NCBI GenBank assembly: GCA_963765205.1
Contig: CAVXVB010000005.1
Location: 512,001-576,000, forward strand
Source: an uncultured Verrucomicrobiae bacterium
Lineage (GTDB): Bacteria; Verrucomicrobiota; Verrucomicrobiia; Opitutales; JABDGR01
Direction of reading: 5' to 3'
Length of the DNA: 64,000 nt
Shown: in pieces, positions 52,462 to 63,994 of the stretch
How positions within the stretch are numbered: position 1 is the first letter of the stretch
Layout of the letters: each line of letters opens with the position of its first letter
Notes under the pieces: generated by a model
Seen by the model: the letters and a program-made list of their open reading frames with translations, nothing else
What the model was told of the DNA's origin: nothing
Databases searched by the model: none
Made by a program: the position numbers and the translations under genes

Positions 52462-55400
52462 ATGGCTAAAAAGTCGCTGATTCGCTGGGCCTTGATTATC
52501 TTCTGGTTGGTCGGGCTACTCTTGATCGCCGGGGTCGGGTTGGCGTTCAATTCAGGGGTGCAGACCAACGTGGCGCGTCATTTCCTGCTCAAAACCGACC
52601 CATCCGCCAAGCTCGACAGGGTTTCCTTCGGCCTGAGCCAGGGCGAAGTCCACGGGCTGGAAATGACGGTCGCCGGCTATCCCCTCAAGGTCGGTTCCGT
52701 GACGGTGCAGTATTCCCTCGGCAATCTGTTGTTCGGACATACCAAGACCATCGAGAGTGCGACCGTCAAGGACACGGTGTTCGACCTAAGCCAGCCACCG
52801 AAAAAAACGTCCACCGCGCCCCCCACGCCCGCCACTCCTGCGGCAGCCGGAAAAAGCGTGCCCCCCTCGGTGTTGATTATGAAGGCCGAGCTGGCCGGCT
52901 CCGCGCTCCTGCCGGGTCAACGCTCCGTGCAAGTGGCGTTCTCGATCCAAAACCTCGGCTCGGGCAGCGCCGGCCACGCCAACGGCTCGGTGATTTTCCA
53001 GGACCAATCACCCGGCGCGAAAGTAACGGGGATGCTCGCCGACGCGCAAATCAGCCTCTCCCTCGACGACGCGTTGATGCCCCCAAACGTGGATCTGCTC
53101 GCCACCCTCACCGCTAATCTGCCAGGGCAAACCCAACCCTCGAAAATCCAGGCCCACCTTTCGGCCAAGCCCGTCAGTGCCGCCAGCGGCGAATTCACGC
53201 TGTTCCTCGCGCCGCCGGAAGCGGGCGCCATGCCGCTTCTCACGGTCAATGGCGACTACGGCACGGCCGGCTCGGCCACGGGCAATTTCAGCGCCAACCT
53301 CTCGCGCGCCCAAATCGAGCCATTTGCCCTGGGCTTCAAATTGCCCGACTTTTCCCTCCAAGGTCAGGGGCAGTTCGCCGGTGACGCCGCCGCCCGCACC
53401 GGCAGTCTCAAGGCCGCGCTCACGGGCAATGCCAGGCAGTTGGAAAATGTCGCGCCCCAACTCGCCGGCCTCGGCTCCGTGCAGATCGCCGCGAGCGTGG
53501 ATGCGGATGTCGCGCCGGGAAATTCGTCCACCCACGCCCTGGCCATTGCGGGAAAAACCCTGTCGGTCACTCTTGCACCCCAAGAGGGAGCGCCGGCGGT
53601 CGCCCTCGAGTTGCTCAAGCCGGTCACGGTCGAGTATGGCGACAAAGGCCTCCAGATGCCGCCTGGCGCGGGCGCGGATTTGGCGCGAGTGACCTTGGCC
53701 CAAGTGCCGGCGGCGTGGCTCGCGGCGTTCCTACCCAAGGAATTTTCCGCGACTGGCCAGGGCTTCAACGGCCAGCTCACCCTCAGCGCGCGCGACGATG
53801 GCGCGCTTGTTGCCAACACTACCCAGCCACTGAACGTCGCGGGCCTCGACGTGCAGCAGAATGGCACCCCGCTGCTGGCCAATGGCTCCCTCGCGCTGGA
53901 TTTCACGGCGCAATACCTGGCCCCGGCGGTTTCCGCGCAGGTGCGGAATTTTTCCTTCCAGGCCCACGCCATCTCCGCGCCCGGCGCCACGCTGGCAACG
54001 GCGTCGCTTGCCGGCACCGCCGTGCAGGCGCAATTTGCGGGCAACGTGTCGGTCACACCCGGCGCGGCCGTGCCGGAAATCGCCGCCACCGGGAATTTCA
54101 CAGTGTCCGTGGATGTGGACAACCTCGACCGCCAGGCGCTCGGCCAGAATCTGCCCCTCCTGACGCCCGCCGGTTTACTCACCCTCAGCAGCACCTTTGA
54201 CGTGGCGACCGCGACCTCCGCCACGGACCCGAAAAGCGCCGTCCTCGTCATCAATTCTTTTCAAACCACGCTCACGAAGGGCATGGGCACCGTGACGCAG
54301 ACTTACGCCTCCATCAACGCGCTGCAAAAAATAACCCTCCCGCTGGCCAAGGACGCCGCGCTTCCTGCCATGAGCGGCAATCTCGCCACGATTGAGTTCA
54401 ACGGTTTTCCTCTCACCGTCGCGCAAATGTTTTTGCCTGCTGGCACCAAATTTTCCGGCAACCCGCTCACTGGGAAAATTCTGCTGGCTGGAGAGGGTGG
54501 CACGGACGCCGGCCTCGTCCTGCATACGCTGGCGCCGCTGACCATCGAGAAGGCCCGCTATTCGCAGAACCTTGACGACAAACTGGCCAATGTCACGCTC
54601 GCCTTCACTCCCGAAGGCTCCTGGCAGGCGGGCACTATCACGGGTAATCTCCACGCACAAGCCACTTCCGCCGCAGGCGTGCTGGTGGACGCGATGATCA
54701 ACGCCTCGCAAAGCCAGGACGCGCTGACGGTGGCCCTCACCATGAACGGCCAGTTGGCCGCACTGGCCGCGCAGCCGCTGGGCGCCGAGTGGCGCGACTA
54801 TTTGCCGAGCACCCAGCCCGCCTATGCGGTCAGCGTCAATCTCACGCGCACGGCAAGCGCGTTGACCCTCGCCTCGGCCGAAGCGCACGTCGCGCCCGCC
54901 ACCGGCGCACCGCTCGCCGATGTGAAACTGGATCAGCCACTCACCTTGCAAAATAATCCTTCCGCGAAACCCGATGCCACGGGCATGGCCAAATATCTCT
55001 GGCCGAGCCTCAAGGGCGACGTGCTGACGATGCAACTCAACAGCCTGCCCGCAGGCGTGCTCGCCCTCGCGCTGCCGGGCTACCGCCTCCAGGGCCGCGA
55101 AATTTCCGGTGACCTCGCCGTGCGCGGCGCAGGCGATGGCAATTATACCCTCGCGACCAACGCGCCCCTTGCCGCCTCGGGTCTGACGGTCACGCAGGTG
55201 GTCGACAAAAACACGACGGTCCCCCTGGTCAATGATTTGACCTTCACTCTCAAGCCCGCCGCCACCTTCAACCAGGATGGCTTGTCCACCGGCGGCGTGG
55301 ACGACTTGAAACTCACCTCCGCCAATGCCACCCTCGCGCAAGGCAATTTCTCCCTCACCCATATCAACGGGCAGGCCTGGCCTCGCGACGCCAAAATTTC

Positions 55401-56847
55401 CCTGCAAGCCGATTTCGCGCAACTGCTCAAGCAACCCGTGCTGGCGAAATACAATAACCTCACCGCCGGCCAGTTGCAAATTGACGCCGCGCTCGACGCC
55501 GCCGGCGCGGTGAAATTCAACGGCGCCGTCTCCAATTGGACCATCCGCGACTCGCCCACCCAATCCACCAACCTGACCTTTGCCAACGCCACCGCCAAAT
55601 TCGACCAGGCCACTAACGCCGTGCAGTTGACCCTCCCCGTCAAAGGCGACAGCAAGCAAGGCCCGACGGATTGCACGCTGATCTTCACCCTCGACCCTTC
55701 CCCCGACCCCAAAGTCTTCAGTCACAAATTCAACCTGAACCTGACCGGCAACAACCTCGTCATTGACGATTTAATGGCCGTCAAAAATGGCCTGTTTCCT
55801 CCGCTGCCTGCTTCGGCTACGCCTGTGCCGGCTCCCGCGCCCGTGGCAAAAGGCCCGGCTCCGGCCCTTGCGCCGAAAGGCCCGGCCCCCGCGCCTGTCA
55901 CCGTTCCACCCACCGTGGCCGCGGACACGATTCCCCTTTGGGGCGACTGGCAGGGCGCGGCGAAAATCCAGCTCAAGGGCATTCGTTTCACGTCCTTCTC
56001 GATTACAAATTTCCAGGCCACTGCCCAAGTTTCACCCACCAAGGCGGAGATTCCTGGCGTGACCGGCATTTTTCAAGGCGCGCCCCTCTTGCTCAAAGCC
56101 GCGCTCGGTTTCAATCCTGCGCAAAAAAACACGCCCTACAGTTTGCAGACGGATTTGAGCTTCAAGAATTACGACGTGGGCGCGTATTTCAAAGCGCGCG
56201 ATCCCAACGCCACCCCGCCGGTCGAGGGCAATTTTTCCATCTCCGGCAATGCCTCCGGCGCGGGCGCGAACGTGGACGACTTGCTCGCCAAGCTGCAATT
56301 CGACCTGTCCCTGACCAGCAGCGGCGGCACCTTCCACCTGCTCGACCTCGTGGCGAACAAGATTGGCGTGTCCTCCGGCGCGCTCAAGACCGTCACCACC
56401 GTCGCGGGCAGCGTGCTCAGCCTTCTCGGCAAAAAAGACCCGACCGGCCTGACCTCCAGCGTCGGCTCGATTGGCACGCTCCTGATGAACCTCGACGCCA
56501 TTCAATACAACAAGCTGGTCGTTGAGGCCAAGCGGGCCGCGGATTTGAACATCAACTTCAGCCAGTTCGACGTGCAAAATTCGCAGGTTGAATTGACCGG
56601 CACCGGGAAGGTCACCTACACCAAAGGCCTCGCCATCCCCGACCAGCCGCTCCTGGCGAATCTCTCGCTCAATGGCAAGGCCGACATGGCCTCGATGCTG
56701 CAAAAAATCAACCTCGCGCATGGCAACGCGGCCTCCGGCTACACCCAAGGCCCGCAGTTCCAGGTCGCCGGCACCCTCCAGCACCCGGATTACAAATTCT
56801 TTTATAACATGCTCATCCAAGCCGCCACAGCGACCGGATTTAAGTGA
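52462..56847 (+). CDS. AsmA-like large periplasmic beta-rich protein
   Basis: Single N-terminal TM, ~1400 aa of beta-strand repeats, C-terminal LTGTGKV...FQVAGTLQHPD pattern. Confidence 0.75.
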   Translation: MAKKSLIRWALIIFWLVGLLLIAGVGLAFNSGVQTNVARHFLLKTDPSAKLDRVSFGLSQGEVHGLEMTVAGYPLKVGSVTVQYSLGNLLFGHTKTIESATVKDTVFDLSQPPKKTSTAPPTPATPAAAGKSVPPSVLIMKAELAGSALLPGQRSVQVAFSIQNLGSGSAGHANGSVIFQDQSPGAKVTGMLADAQISLSLDDALMPPNVDLLATLTANLPGQTQPSKIQAHLSAKPVSAASGEFTLFLAPPEAGAMPLLTVNGDYGTAGSATGNFSANLSRAQIEPFALGFKLPDFSLQGQGQFAGDAAARTGSLKAALTGNARQLENVAPQLAGLGSVQIAASVDADVAPGNSSTHALAIAGKTLSVTLAPQEGAPAVALELLKPVTVEYGDKGLQMPPGAGADLARVTLAQVPAAWLAAFLPKEFSATGQGFNGQLTLSARDDGALVANTTQPLNVAGLDVQQNGTPLLANGSLALDFTAQYLAPAVSAQVRNFSFQAHAISAPGATLATASLAGTAVQAQFAGNVSVTPGAAVPEIAATGNFTVSVDVDNLDRQALGQNLPLLTPAGLLTLSSTFDVATATSATDPKSAVLVINSFQTTLTKGMGTVTQTYASINALQKITLPLAKDAALPAMSGNLATIEFNGFPLTVAQMFLPAGTKFSGNPLTGKILLAGEGGTDAGLVLHTLAPLTIEKARYSQNLDDKLANVTLAFTPEGSWQAGTITGNLHAQATSAAGVLVDAMINASQSQDALTVALTMNGQLAALAAQPLGAEWRDYLPSTQPAYAVSVNLTRTASALTLASAEAHVAPATGAPLADVKLDQPLTLQNNPSAKPDATGMAKYLWPSLKGDVLTMQLNSLPAGVLALALPGYRLQGREISGDLAVRGAGDGNYTLATNAPLAASGLTVTQVVDKNTTVPLVNDLTFTLKPAATFNQDGLSTGGVDDLKLTSANATLAQGNFSLTHINGQAWPRDAKISLQADFAQLLKQPVLAKYNNLTAGQLQIDAALDAAGAVKFNGAVSNWTIRDSPTQSTNLTFANATAKFDQATNAVQLTLPVKGDSKQGPTDCTLIFTLDPSPDPKVFSHKFNLNLTGNNLVIDDLMAVKNGLFPPLPASATPVPAPAPVAKGPAPALAPKGPAPAPVTVPPTVAADTIPLWGDWQGAAKIQLKGIRFTSFSITNFQATAQVSPTKAEIPGVTGIFQGAPLLLKAALGFNPAQKNTPYSLQTDLSFKNYDVGAYFKARDPNATPPVEGNFSISGNASGAGANVDDLLAKLQFDLSLTSSGGTFHLLDLVANKIGVSSGALKTVTTVAGSVLSLLGKKDPTGLTSSVGSIGTLLMNLDAIQYNKLVVEAKRAADLNINFSQFDVQNSQVELTGTGKVTYTKGLAIPDQPLLANLSLNGKADMASMLQKINLAHGNAASGYTQGPQFQVAGTLQHPDYKFFYNMLIQAATATGFK

Positions 56848-57019
56848 GGGGGGAGCGTCCAATTCAACCACGGATTACATGGATAGCACGGATGTAATCA
56901 CTTGAGTGATTATTGCTGCAAAAACCCATTCGCCCATCGGATTGGTGGTCAAAATTTCCCCTCCTCATGCTTATCTGTGCCATCCGTGTCATCCGTGGTC
57001 TCAACTTCGGGATTTAGTT

Positions 57020-57268
57020 TCATTTGCCAATTTCCGCCAGCGTGCCGAATTGGGTTTGGCCCGCCCGGTGTTTGTGGATGGCCCGCATCGCCGCCGGGTT
57101 GGCCAGGATTTCCAGCGTCTCCACGATGGCGCCCATCCGCTCGTGGCCGATGACGCAGGCCACGGGCGTCTCATGCCGGGTCACGGTCACGACCCGGCCC
57201 CCTTCCGCCGCCTTTACTATTGCGGAAAAATTGTTTTGTCCCTCGGAAACACTCACATTGGATTTCAT
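57020..57268 (-). CDS. Phd/YefM-family antitoxin (no adjacent toxin)
   Basis: VSVSEGQNNFSAIVKAAEGGRVVTVTRH, ETLEILANP. Confidence 0.85.
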   Translation of the reverse strand: MKSNVSVSEGQNNFSAIVKAAEGGRVVTVTRHETPVACVIGHERMGAIVETLEILANPAAMRAIHKHRAGQTQFGTLAEIGK

Positions 57269-57530
57269 GAAAATAACAATAGATATATTCCGGCCGTTGG
57301 CAAGCCCCCGCCACTGCGGGGCCGGAAGCCGCTTGCATCCAACCCACCAAACCCATCCAACCCAACGCTGGCGTGGTTTCTCATTATCTATTATACTATG
57401 CGGCATGAACCTACACCACCGCCCGCTGACCCATCGCACCCACATTTATTTTCATTCCCCTCTACCCAAACGGAGTAAATCCGACTAATTCAACCCCAAA
57501 TCCATTTCAAGGGTCAAAAACGTACCCCCC

Positions 57531-57561
<31 letters not shown>

Positions 57562-57712
57562 ACTGCGTCCCCGAACCCCAAAAAAAGATTGTGGTTCAGT
57601 ATGGCCCCCGGCCAGGTGCCATACGACCTCCCAACCTTGCTCCGAGATATTTCATCCCCCGCATCAATGACAATCCAACAATCCAGCAATCGAACCATCC
57701 AGCCATAACCCT

Positions 57713-59629
57713 TCAATACGCCCGTTTCTTTTTGTCCTCGAAGAAATTGATATACGAGCGGTTGAGGACGGCGAGGCCGCCGGCGGTCGGATAATGGCCG
57801 GTGAAATACCAGTCGCCGTCGTTCGTCGGCACGGCCAGGCGCAGGTCTTCGATGGTTTGAAAGAGGATTTGCACCTCGCCCGTCCACCCATTCGCGGGCG
57901 GGCGGACCAGTTCGGAGATTTTCGCGGAGATTTGCTCGGCCGTGAACAGGTCGTAGAGCCGGCGCACATGGTTGCGCAGCGAGCCCGCGGGCAGGCCGGC
58001 CTGGCGCACGCAATCCTGGTAGATTTCGCGCAAGAGTTCCTCAAGGCCGCGCTCCTTGCACAGCGCGATGGCCGCCTGAAAGGCGATGAACTTGCCGAGT
58101 TCCGACATGTCAATGCCGTAGCAATCCGGGTAGCGGATTTGCGGCGCGGTCGAGGCGATGACGATTTTCTTCGGCTTCGTGCGCGCCAGAATGCGCAGAA
58201 TGGACTGCTTCAGCGTGGTGCCGCGCACAATCGAATCGTCTATGCACACCAAGTTGTCCGTCGGCTGCACGATGCCGTAGGTGATGTCGTAGATGTGCGA
58301 GGCGAGCTGGATGCGGCTGTCCTCCTGCGAGATGAAGGTGCGCAGCTTGATGTCTTTGTGCGCGATTTTTTCGCCGCGCGGCCAGTTGTCGAGGATGAGC
58401 TGGTCCAGCAGCGCGGGCGTGAGGCGGTCGTCCTTCTGCGCGGCGAGGATGGCATCCTTGACTTCGATGCGGCGGCGCAGGCGCAGTTCGTCGAGCAGGC
58501 CGTAGTAGGCGATCTCGGCGGTGTTGGGGATGAACGAGAAAATCGTGTTGTGCAGGTCGTGGCCGATGGCGCGCAGGATCGAGTCGGACAGGCGCGCGCC
58601 GAGGGCCTTGCGCTCGCGGTAGATGTCCGCGTCGTTGCCGCGCGAGAAGTAGATGCGCTCGAACGAACAGCCATGGCGGTGCTTGGCCGGCTCCGCAAAA
58701 GGCGCGTGGATCACCTTGCCGTTGCTTTTCACCACCAGCGCGTGGCCGGGCGAAACCTCGCGCACGGCCTCATACTCGGCGCCGAAAATCGTCTGGAGCG
58801 CGACGCGTTCGCTGGCGACGGCGACGATTTCGTCCGTCTGCAAATAGTAGCCCGGCCGGATGCCGTGCGGGTCGCGCATGACGAAAGAGTCGCCGTTGCC
58901 GATGAGGCCGGCGATGGTGTAGCCACCGTCCCAGTCCTTGGCCGCAGTGCGGAGAATTTCGACGGGGTCGAGTTGCGCAGAGATGCGGTCGGGGATTTCT
59001 GCGCCCGGCACGCCCTGGTCGCGCAGCTCGCGGAAAATGCGGGTGTGCTCCTCGTCGAGCGAGTAGCCGATTTCCTCGAGGACGGTCTGCGTGTCGGTGT
59101 CGAAGATGGGGTGGACGCCGCGGTCAATGAGCTGCTGGTTGAGTTCGTCGGTGTTGGTGAGGTTGAAATTGCCGCAGATCATCAGGTTGCGGGTCTTCCA
59201 ACTGCTCTTGCGGAAATAGGGGTGGCAGGCGCCCTTGTCATAACTGCCCGAGGTGCCGTAGCGCAGGTGGCCGAGCAGCACCTCGCCGCCGAACTCGAAC
59301 TGGTCCTTCACGGTGAGCGGGAATTCCGGGAAGACGCTCCCCTTGCGCACCAGGTCGTTGTATTCCTTGAGCTGCTTCGAAAAAATGTACGTCAGCGCAT
59401 TGGCCCGCGTGTCGCGCTCGCGGAACATGAAGGCCCGGCCCGCCGGCATGTCGAGCTTCACGCAGCCGATGCCCGCGCCGTCCTGCCCGCGGTTGTGCTG
59501 CTTCTCCATCAGCAGGAAAAGCTGGTTGAAGCCGTAGAGCGGCGTCTTGTATTTCTCCGCGTAATAGCTGAGCGGCTTCAGCAGGCGGATGAGCGCCACA
59601 CCGCAATGATGCTGAATTGGGTCGCTCAT
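57713..59629 (-). CDS. purF: Amidophosphoribosyltransferase
   Basis: MSDPIQHHCG, KQHNRGQDGAG, GHLRYGT, CSFERIYFSR, IDDSIVRGTT, PDCYGIDM. Confidence 0.96.
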   Translation of the reverse strand: MSDPIQHHCGVALIRLLKPLSYYAEKYKTPLYGFNQLFLLMEKQHNRGQDGAGIGCVKLDMPAGRAFMFRERDTRANALTYIFSKQLKEYNDLVRKGSVFPEFPLTVKDQFEFGGEVLLGHLRYGTSGSYDKGACHPYFRKSSWKTRNLMICGNFNLTNTDELNQQLIDRGVHPIFDTDTQTVLEEIGYSLDEEHTRIFRELRDQGVPGAEIPDRISAQLDPVEILRTAAKDWDGGYTIAGLIGNGDSFVMRDPHGIRPGYYLQTDEIVAVASERVALQTIFGAEYEAVREVSPGHALVVKSNGKVIHAPFAEPAKHRHGCSFERIYFSRGNDADIYRERKALGARLSDSILRAIGHDLHNTIFSFIPNTAEIAYYGLLDELRLRRRIEVKDAILAAQKDDRLTPALLDQLILDNWPRGEKIAHKDIKLRTFISQEDSRIQLASHIYDITYGIVQPTDNLVCIDDSIVRGTTLKQSILRILARTKPKKIVIASTAPQIRYPDCYGIDMSELGKFIAFQAAIALCKERGLEELLREIYQDCVRQAGLPAGSLRNHVRRLYDLFTAEQISAKISELVRPPANGWTGEVQILFQTIEDLRLAVPTNDGDWYFTGHYPTAGGLAVLNRSYINFFEDKKKRAY

Positions 59630-59636
59630 GGGAGGG

Positions 59637-61977
59637 TCAGGCCATCGCCTTCGGAATCGCTTCCGTCCACGTTTCGCGGAGCTTGCCGACGGGCCAGGTG
59701 ATGGTGAGGGTGCCATCACCCACCGGCGCGGCGGCGACAACTTTGAGAATCGCCTCGCCATGGCCTTCGCCGAGCAGCACCACCGGCACGCCCGCCGTTT
59801 CGGCGGCCTTGGGCAGCGCGCGGGCGTATTCGGGCTTCACGGCGAGAATGATGCGGCCCTGGCTTTCGCCGAACAGCAGCGCGTCGAGCCGATACTTGCG
59901 CCCGGCGGGCCGTCGCGGCGGCCGCGGCGGGGCGCAGATCCAAATCCGCGCCAAAAGTTTTGTGCGCCGCGAACAGCATCTCGCTGAGGGCGACGAGCAG
60001 GCCGCCTTCCGAAAGATCGTGCGCGGCCACCACGCGGCCGGTGCGGATTTGCGCGCGCACAAAGTTCTGCAATTTCTTTTCCGCCTCAAAATCCACCGCC
60101 GGCGCATCGCCGGTCTTGAAACCGTGGCGTACGCCGAGGTAATACGAGCCGCCCAATTCATGCGGCCAGCCGCCGAGCAGGAAGAGCGCTTCGTCGCCGG
60201 TCTTGAGCCGCGGAGTGGTAACGTGCTCAAGGCGGTCCACCACGCCGGCGATGGCGACGGTCGGCGTCGGGTCAATCGCGCCAGCGGGGCTTTCATTATA
60301 CAGGGAGACATTGCCGCCGACCACGGGCACATCGAACGCACGGCACGCCTCGGCCAGGCCAGCGACCGCTTCGCGCATCATGTAAAAATTCTCTGGTTTG
60401 TAGGGATTGCCAAAATTCAGGTTGTTGGTCATCCCGAGCGGATGCGCACCCGAGCAAGCCAGGTTGCGCAGGCATTCGACGACCGCGATCTGCCCGCCGC
60501 GCTGCGGGTTCAAGTAACAATAGCGGTTGTTGCAGTCGTTCGCGATGGCGAGCAGGCGCTCGCGCCCGCCGAGGCGCACGCGCACCACAGCAGCGTCCGC
60601 GCCAGGCAGCAGTACCGCGCCGGCCTGCACCATGTGGTCGTATTGCCGCCAGACCCAGCGCTTTTCCGCGAGGGTGGGATGTCCAAGCAGTTGCGGCAGC
60701 GCCTCGCGCGCGCCCGCCAAGTCGAGGTCGGCAAGGCCCGCCGCCTCGGGCGTCCAGGCGCGCGTCGCGGCGAGGTAGGCCGGCTCCTGTGCTTTGCGGT
60801 CGTAGAGCGGCGCTTCGTCGGTCAGCGCCTTCGCGGGGATTTGCACGACGGGCACGCCGTAATGGGTGACGAGCATGTCGCCCCCTTCGGTCACTTCGCC
60901 GATGCGCGCGGCGTGCAGATCCCATTTTTTGAAAATCGTCTCCAGCTCCGCCTCGCGCCCCTTTTGCACGATGACCAACATGCGCTCCTGGCTTTCCGAG
61001 AGCAGGATTTCGTAGGAATTCATGCCCGTCTCGCGCTGGGGGACTTTGTCCAGCTCGATGCGGATGCCGCAACCGCCGCGCGCGGCCGTTTCGCATGTCG
61101 AGCACGTCAGCCCCGCCGCGCCCATGTCCTGGATGCCGACGACGAGGCCGGGCACGGCCATCATTTCGAGGCAGGCCTCGAGCAAAAGTTTTTCCATGAA
61201 CGGGTCGCCCTTTTGGACGGCGGGGCGGTCGGCCGCGCTTTCGGCCGAAAGCTCGCGCGAGGCAAAGCTGGCGCCGCCGAGGCCGTCGCGCCCCGTGGCT
61301 GCGCCGACGTAATAGACCGGGTTGCCCGGGCCGCGCGCAGTGCCGCGCTTGATCTGGTCGTGCCGCAGCACGCCGAGGCAAAGGGCATTGACAAGCGGTT
61401 TGCCCTCGTAGCACGCGTCAAAATAAATATCACCGCCGACATTCGGGATGCCGATGCAGTTGCCGTAATGCGCGATGCCCGACACCACGCCGCGGAACAG
61501 GCGCTGGGCGGATTTCGACGACAATTCGCCGAAACGCAGCGAATTCGTCAGCAGCACGGGCCGCGCGCCCATGGTGAAAATGTCGCGGATGATGCCGCCG
61601 ACGCCGGTGGCCGCGCCCTCGAACGGCTCGACGGCGCTCGGGTGGTTGTGCGATTCGATCTTGAAACAGATCGCCCAGCCGTCGCCGAGGTCAATCACGC
61701 CCGCGTTTTCCTCACCGGCTTTGACGAGCACTTGGCCGGGCGCGTTCGGGTCAGCTTTCGCGGTGGGAAAATTCCGAAGGAGCTTGCGCGAATTTTTATA
61801 AGAACAATGTTCCGACCACGTCACGGAAAACACACCCAGCTCGGTCAACGCCGGCTCCCGGCCCAAAATGGTTTTGATGCGCTCGTATTCCTCCGGCAGC
61901 AGGTTGTGCTTGCGCACCAGCTCCGGCGTGATGGCCGCATCGAGCACCGGGTCGGGATTGGGCGGAAGCGAGGACAT
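59637..61977 (-). CDS. purL: FGAM synthase subunit PurL (frameshift near 59909)
   Basis: [45 protein letters not shown]-terminal LFGESQGR lies in the next frame. Confidence 0.96.
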
Positions 61978-62089
61978 GAAAAGAGCGGAATTGGGAATGA
62001 GGAATGAAAAAGAAAAACGGAAATCTCTTTGAGTTTAGGTCAGGCGCAATCAGGTTAAATGTTCAGCATTCAGCATTCAGAATTCAGAA

Positions 62090-62833
62090 TTATGTCTCCA
62101 TCGGGATGGACAGCCCCACTTCCTCGACCACCGGCCGGCTGGCCAGGAAGGCCCGCAATATCGCCACACCGTCCACGCTGGGGTGGAAGCCCTCGACCGC
62201 GCGCTCCGGGTGCGGCATCATGCCGAAGACGTTGCCGAAGCGGTTGCGGATGCCCGCGATGTTCGAGACCGAGCCATTCGGATTGCCCGCCGCGTTGACC
62301 GCGCCCGTCTGGTCGGCGTAACGGAACAGGATTTGTTTGTGCGTGACGAGGTCGTCGAGGCCCGCCTCGTCAATGCGGTAGTTACCCTCGCCGTGCGCGA
62401 TGGGCACGCGCAACCGCGCGCCCAGCCGGCTGCGGTTGAACTGCTCAGTGGACTCCTCGACGTGGATGGTCTGCGTCACGCAGCGGAACTGGAGGCAGTC
62501 GTTGCGCACCAGCGCGCCGGGCAGCAGCCCCGCCTCGCAGAGGATTTGAAAACCATTGCAGATGCCGAAGACCAGCCCGCCGTTGGCCGCGTAGTCCTTG
62601 ACGGCCGCCATCACCGGCGAAAAGCGCGCGATGGCCCCGCAGCGCAGGTAGTCCCCATACGAAAATCCCCCCGGCAGCACCACGGCCTCGGCCTCCCCCA
62701 GGCTGGTTTCCTTGTGCCAGACGAACCGCGCGGGCACGTTGAGCACGGTGTCGAGCGCGTAGAGCGCATCGTAGTCGCAATTGGACCCGGGAAATTGAAT
62801 AATGGCGACGGACATGAGCGGCGGAACGGTCAT
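62090..62833 (-). CDS. purQ: FGAM synthase glutaminase subunit PurQ
   Basis: FPGSNCD, PGGFSYGDYLR, GICNGFQIL, AHGEG, NPNGS, MMPHPER; start 62833 or 62815. Confidence 0.97.
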   Translation of the reverse strand: MTVPPLMSVAIIQFPGSNCDYDALYALDTVLNVPARFVWHKETSLGEAEAVVLPGGFSYGDYLRCGAIARFSPVMAAVKDYAANGGLVFGICNGFQILCEAGLLPGALVRNDCLQFRCVTQTIHVEESTEQFNRSRLGARLRVPIAHGEGNYRIDEAGLDDLVTHKQILFRYADQTGAVNAAGNPNGSVSNIAGIRNRFGNVFGMMPHPERAVEGFHPSVDGVAILRAFLASRPVVEEVGLSIPMET

Positions 62834-63038
62834 TTATAGGGAGTTACAGCGGCGTGTCGAGCAGAAGAAATGCGGGGTGCGGGGAAAAGGGCGAAGGGGC
62901 AGAGGGGCAGAGGCCCTGAGACACTGAGGCACTGGGAAAGGGTACTGAGGCGACGGAGGGGGGGCTGCAAATTTACGGTTCTTTAGTTTGCCCTCCCGCA
63001 AATTACGCCTAATCATGCCACCCAGCCCATTCCACTCC

Positions 63039-63428
63039 ATGGATGATGATACACCCACAACCCAGCCCAAAGCCATCCGCCGGCTACAACGCCCGTTCGT
63101 GCTCGCGGGCCGCCTGTTCTTGCTCGGCCTGGCCTGGGGTCTCGCCATCAACGCCTCTTATCCGGGCACGCTGACTTTTCAGTTGTTGAGGATGTTTCCG
63201 CTCGGTCTGATATTCTACTTTGACCGGAATGCCGAGGCTTCCTCCACGCACCGGGTGGGTGCGACCCCCATTATCATTGCCATCTGGCTGGTTTACGCTG
63301 CGTTGACCTTGTATACACTGGTGACAAAGAAACTTTGGCGGTTCCTCATCGTGTTCGGCCTGCTCGTGGGACTGCTGTTGATGAATGTCGCCGGGTGCCA
63401 GGCCTTGCAACGCCTGGCGGATCCATAA
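63039..63428 (+). CDS. Small hypothetical membrane protein
   Basis: Three to four hydrophobic segments. Confidence 0.6.
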   Translation: MDDDTPTTQPKAIRRLQRPFVLAGRLFLLGLAWGLAINASYPGTLTFQLLRMFPLGLIFYFDRNAEASSTHRVGATPIIIAIWLVYAALTLYTLVTKKLWRFLIVFGLLVGLLLMNVAGCQALQRLADP

Positions 63429-63489
63429 GGCACAAAGGTGCCGGAAGCGGCTCGACAAGCGTGCGGCCCTTATCTACCATAAGAGAGCC

Positions 63490-63941
63490 TGGGGTATATT
63501 GGCCTCTGCCGATTAGCGGGGACTATGATACCGACCATGCGTTTGATAATTACATCAGAGCATTTGAGTTTTTGGGCTATAAAAAATGCACTTCCTCCGC
63601 GCAAGAAAAAGGGTTTGAAAAGGTGGCGGTTTATAAAGACACTTTAGGGCGCTTTACTCATGTCGCCCGTCAGCTTAATTCCGGTTCATGGACGAGTAAA
63701 TTAGGGCAATGCGAAGACATTGAACACGCAACACTGGATGGAGTTGAGGGCGAAAAAAATCAACCCATTCACCGGCGAAATAGTTGGATACGGATTTGCA
63801 TCATATTTTCTAAAAAGGCCACTTTCCTCATGCCCACAACCCAACCAGCCAAAGAAATCGCTCTCGTTCCTGCGAAGGATTTTGGAAGCAATCTCAAAAA
63901 GATTCTCCAAACCACCAAGCAGCAATCCGACGAGCAGTTAG
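63490..63941 (+). pseudogene. AT-rich 5'-truncated, frameshifted gene remnant
   Basis: YWP...LGYKKC...GFEKVAVY...THVARQ...WTSKLG..EDIEH reads as a real protein; no credible start; A7 run at 63753-63759 shifts the frame. Confidence 0.55.
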
Positions 63942-63994
63942 CCGCGTTTCAGGCTTCCAACAAGGCCAAGCGCGACGCGAAGAAGCAGCGGTAA
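63830..63994 (+). CDS. Small basic hypothetical protein
   Basis: ATG 63830, 54 aa MPTTQPAKE...KRDAKKQR. Confidence 0.4.
   Translation: MPTTQPAKEIALVPAKDFGSNLKKILQTTKQQSDEQLAAFQASNKAKRDAKKQR

Noticed and set aside
59637..61977. purL pseudogene or programmed frameshift
   Set aside because: One extra base in a GC-rich linker, no slippery heptamer, both halves conserved; assembly error is more likely.
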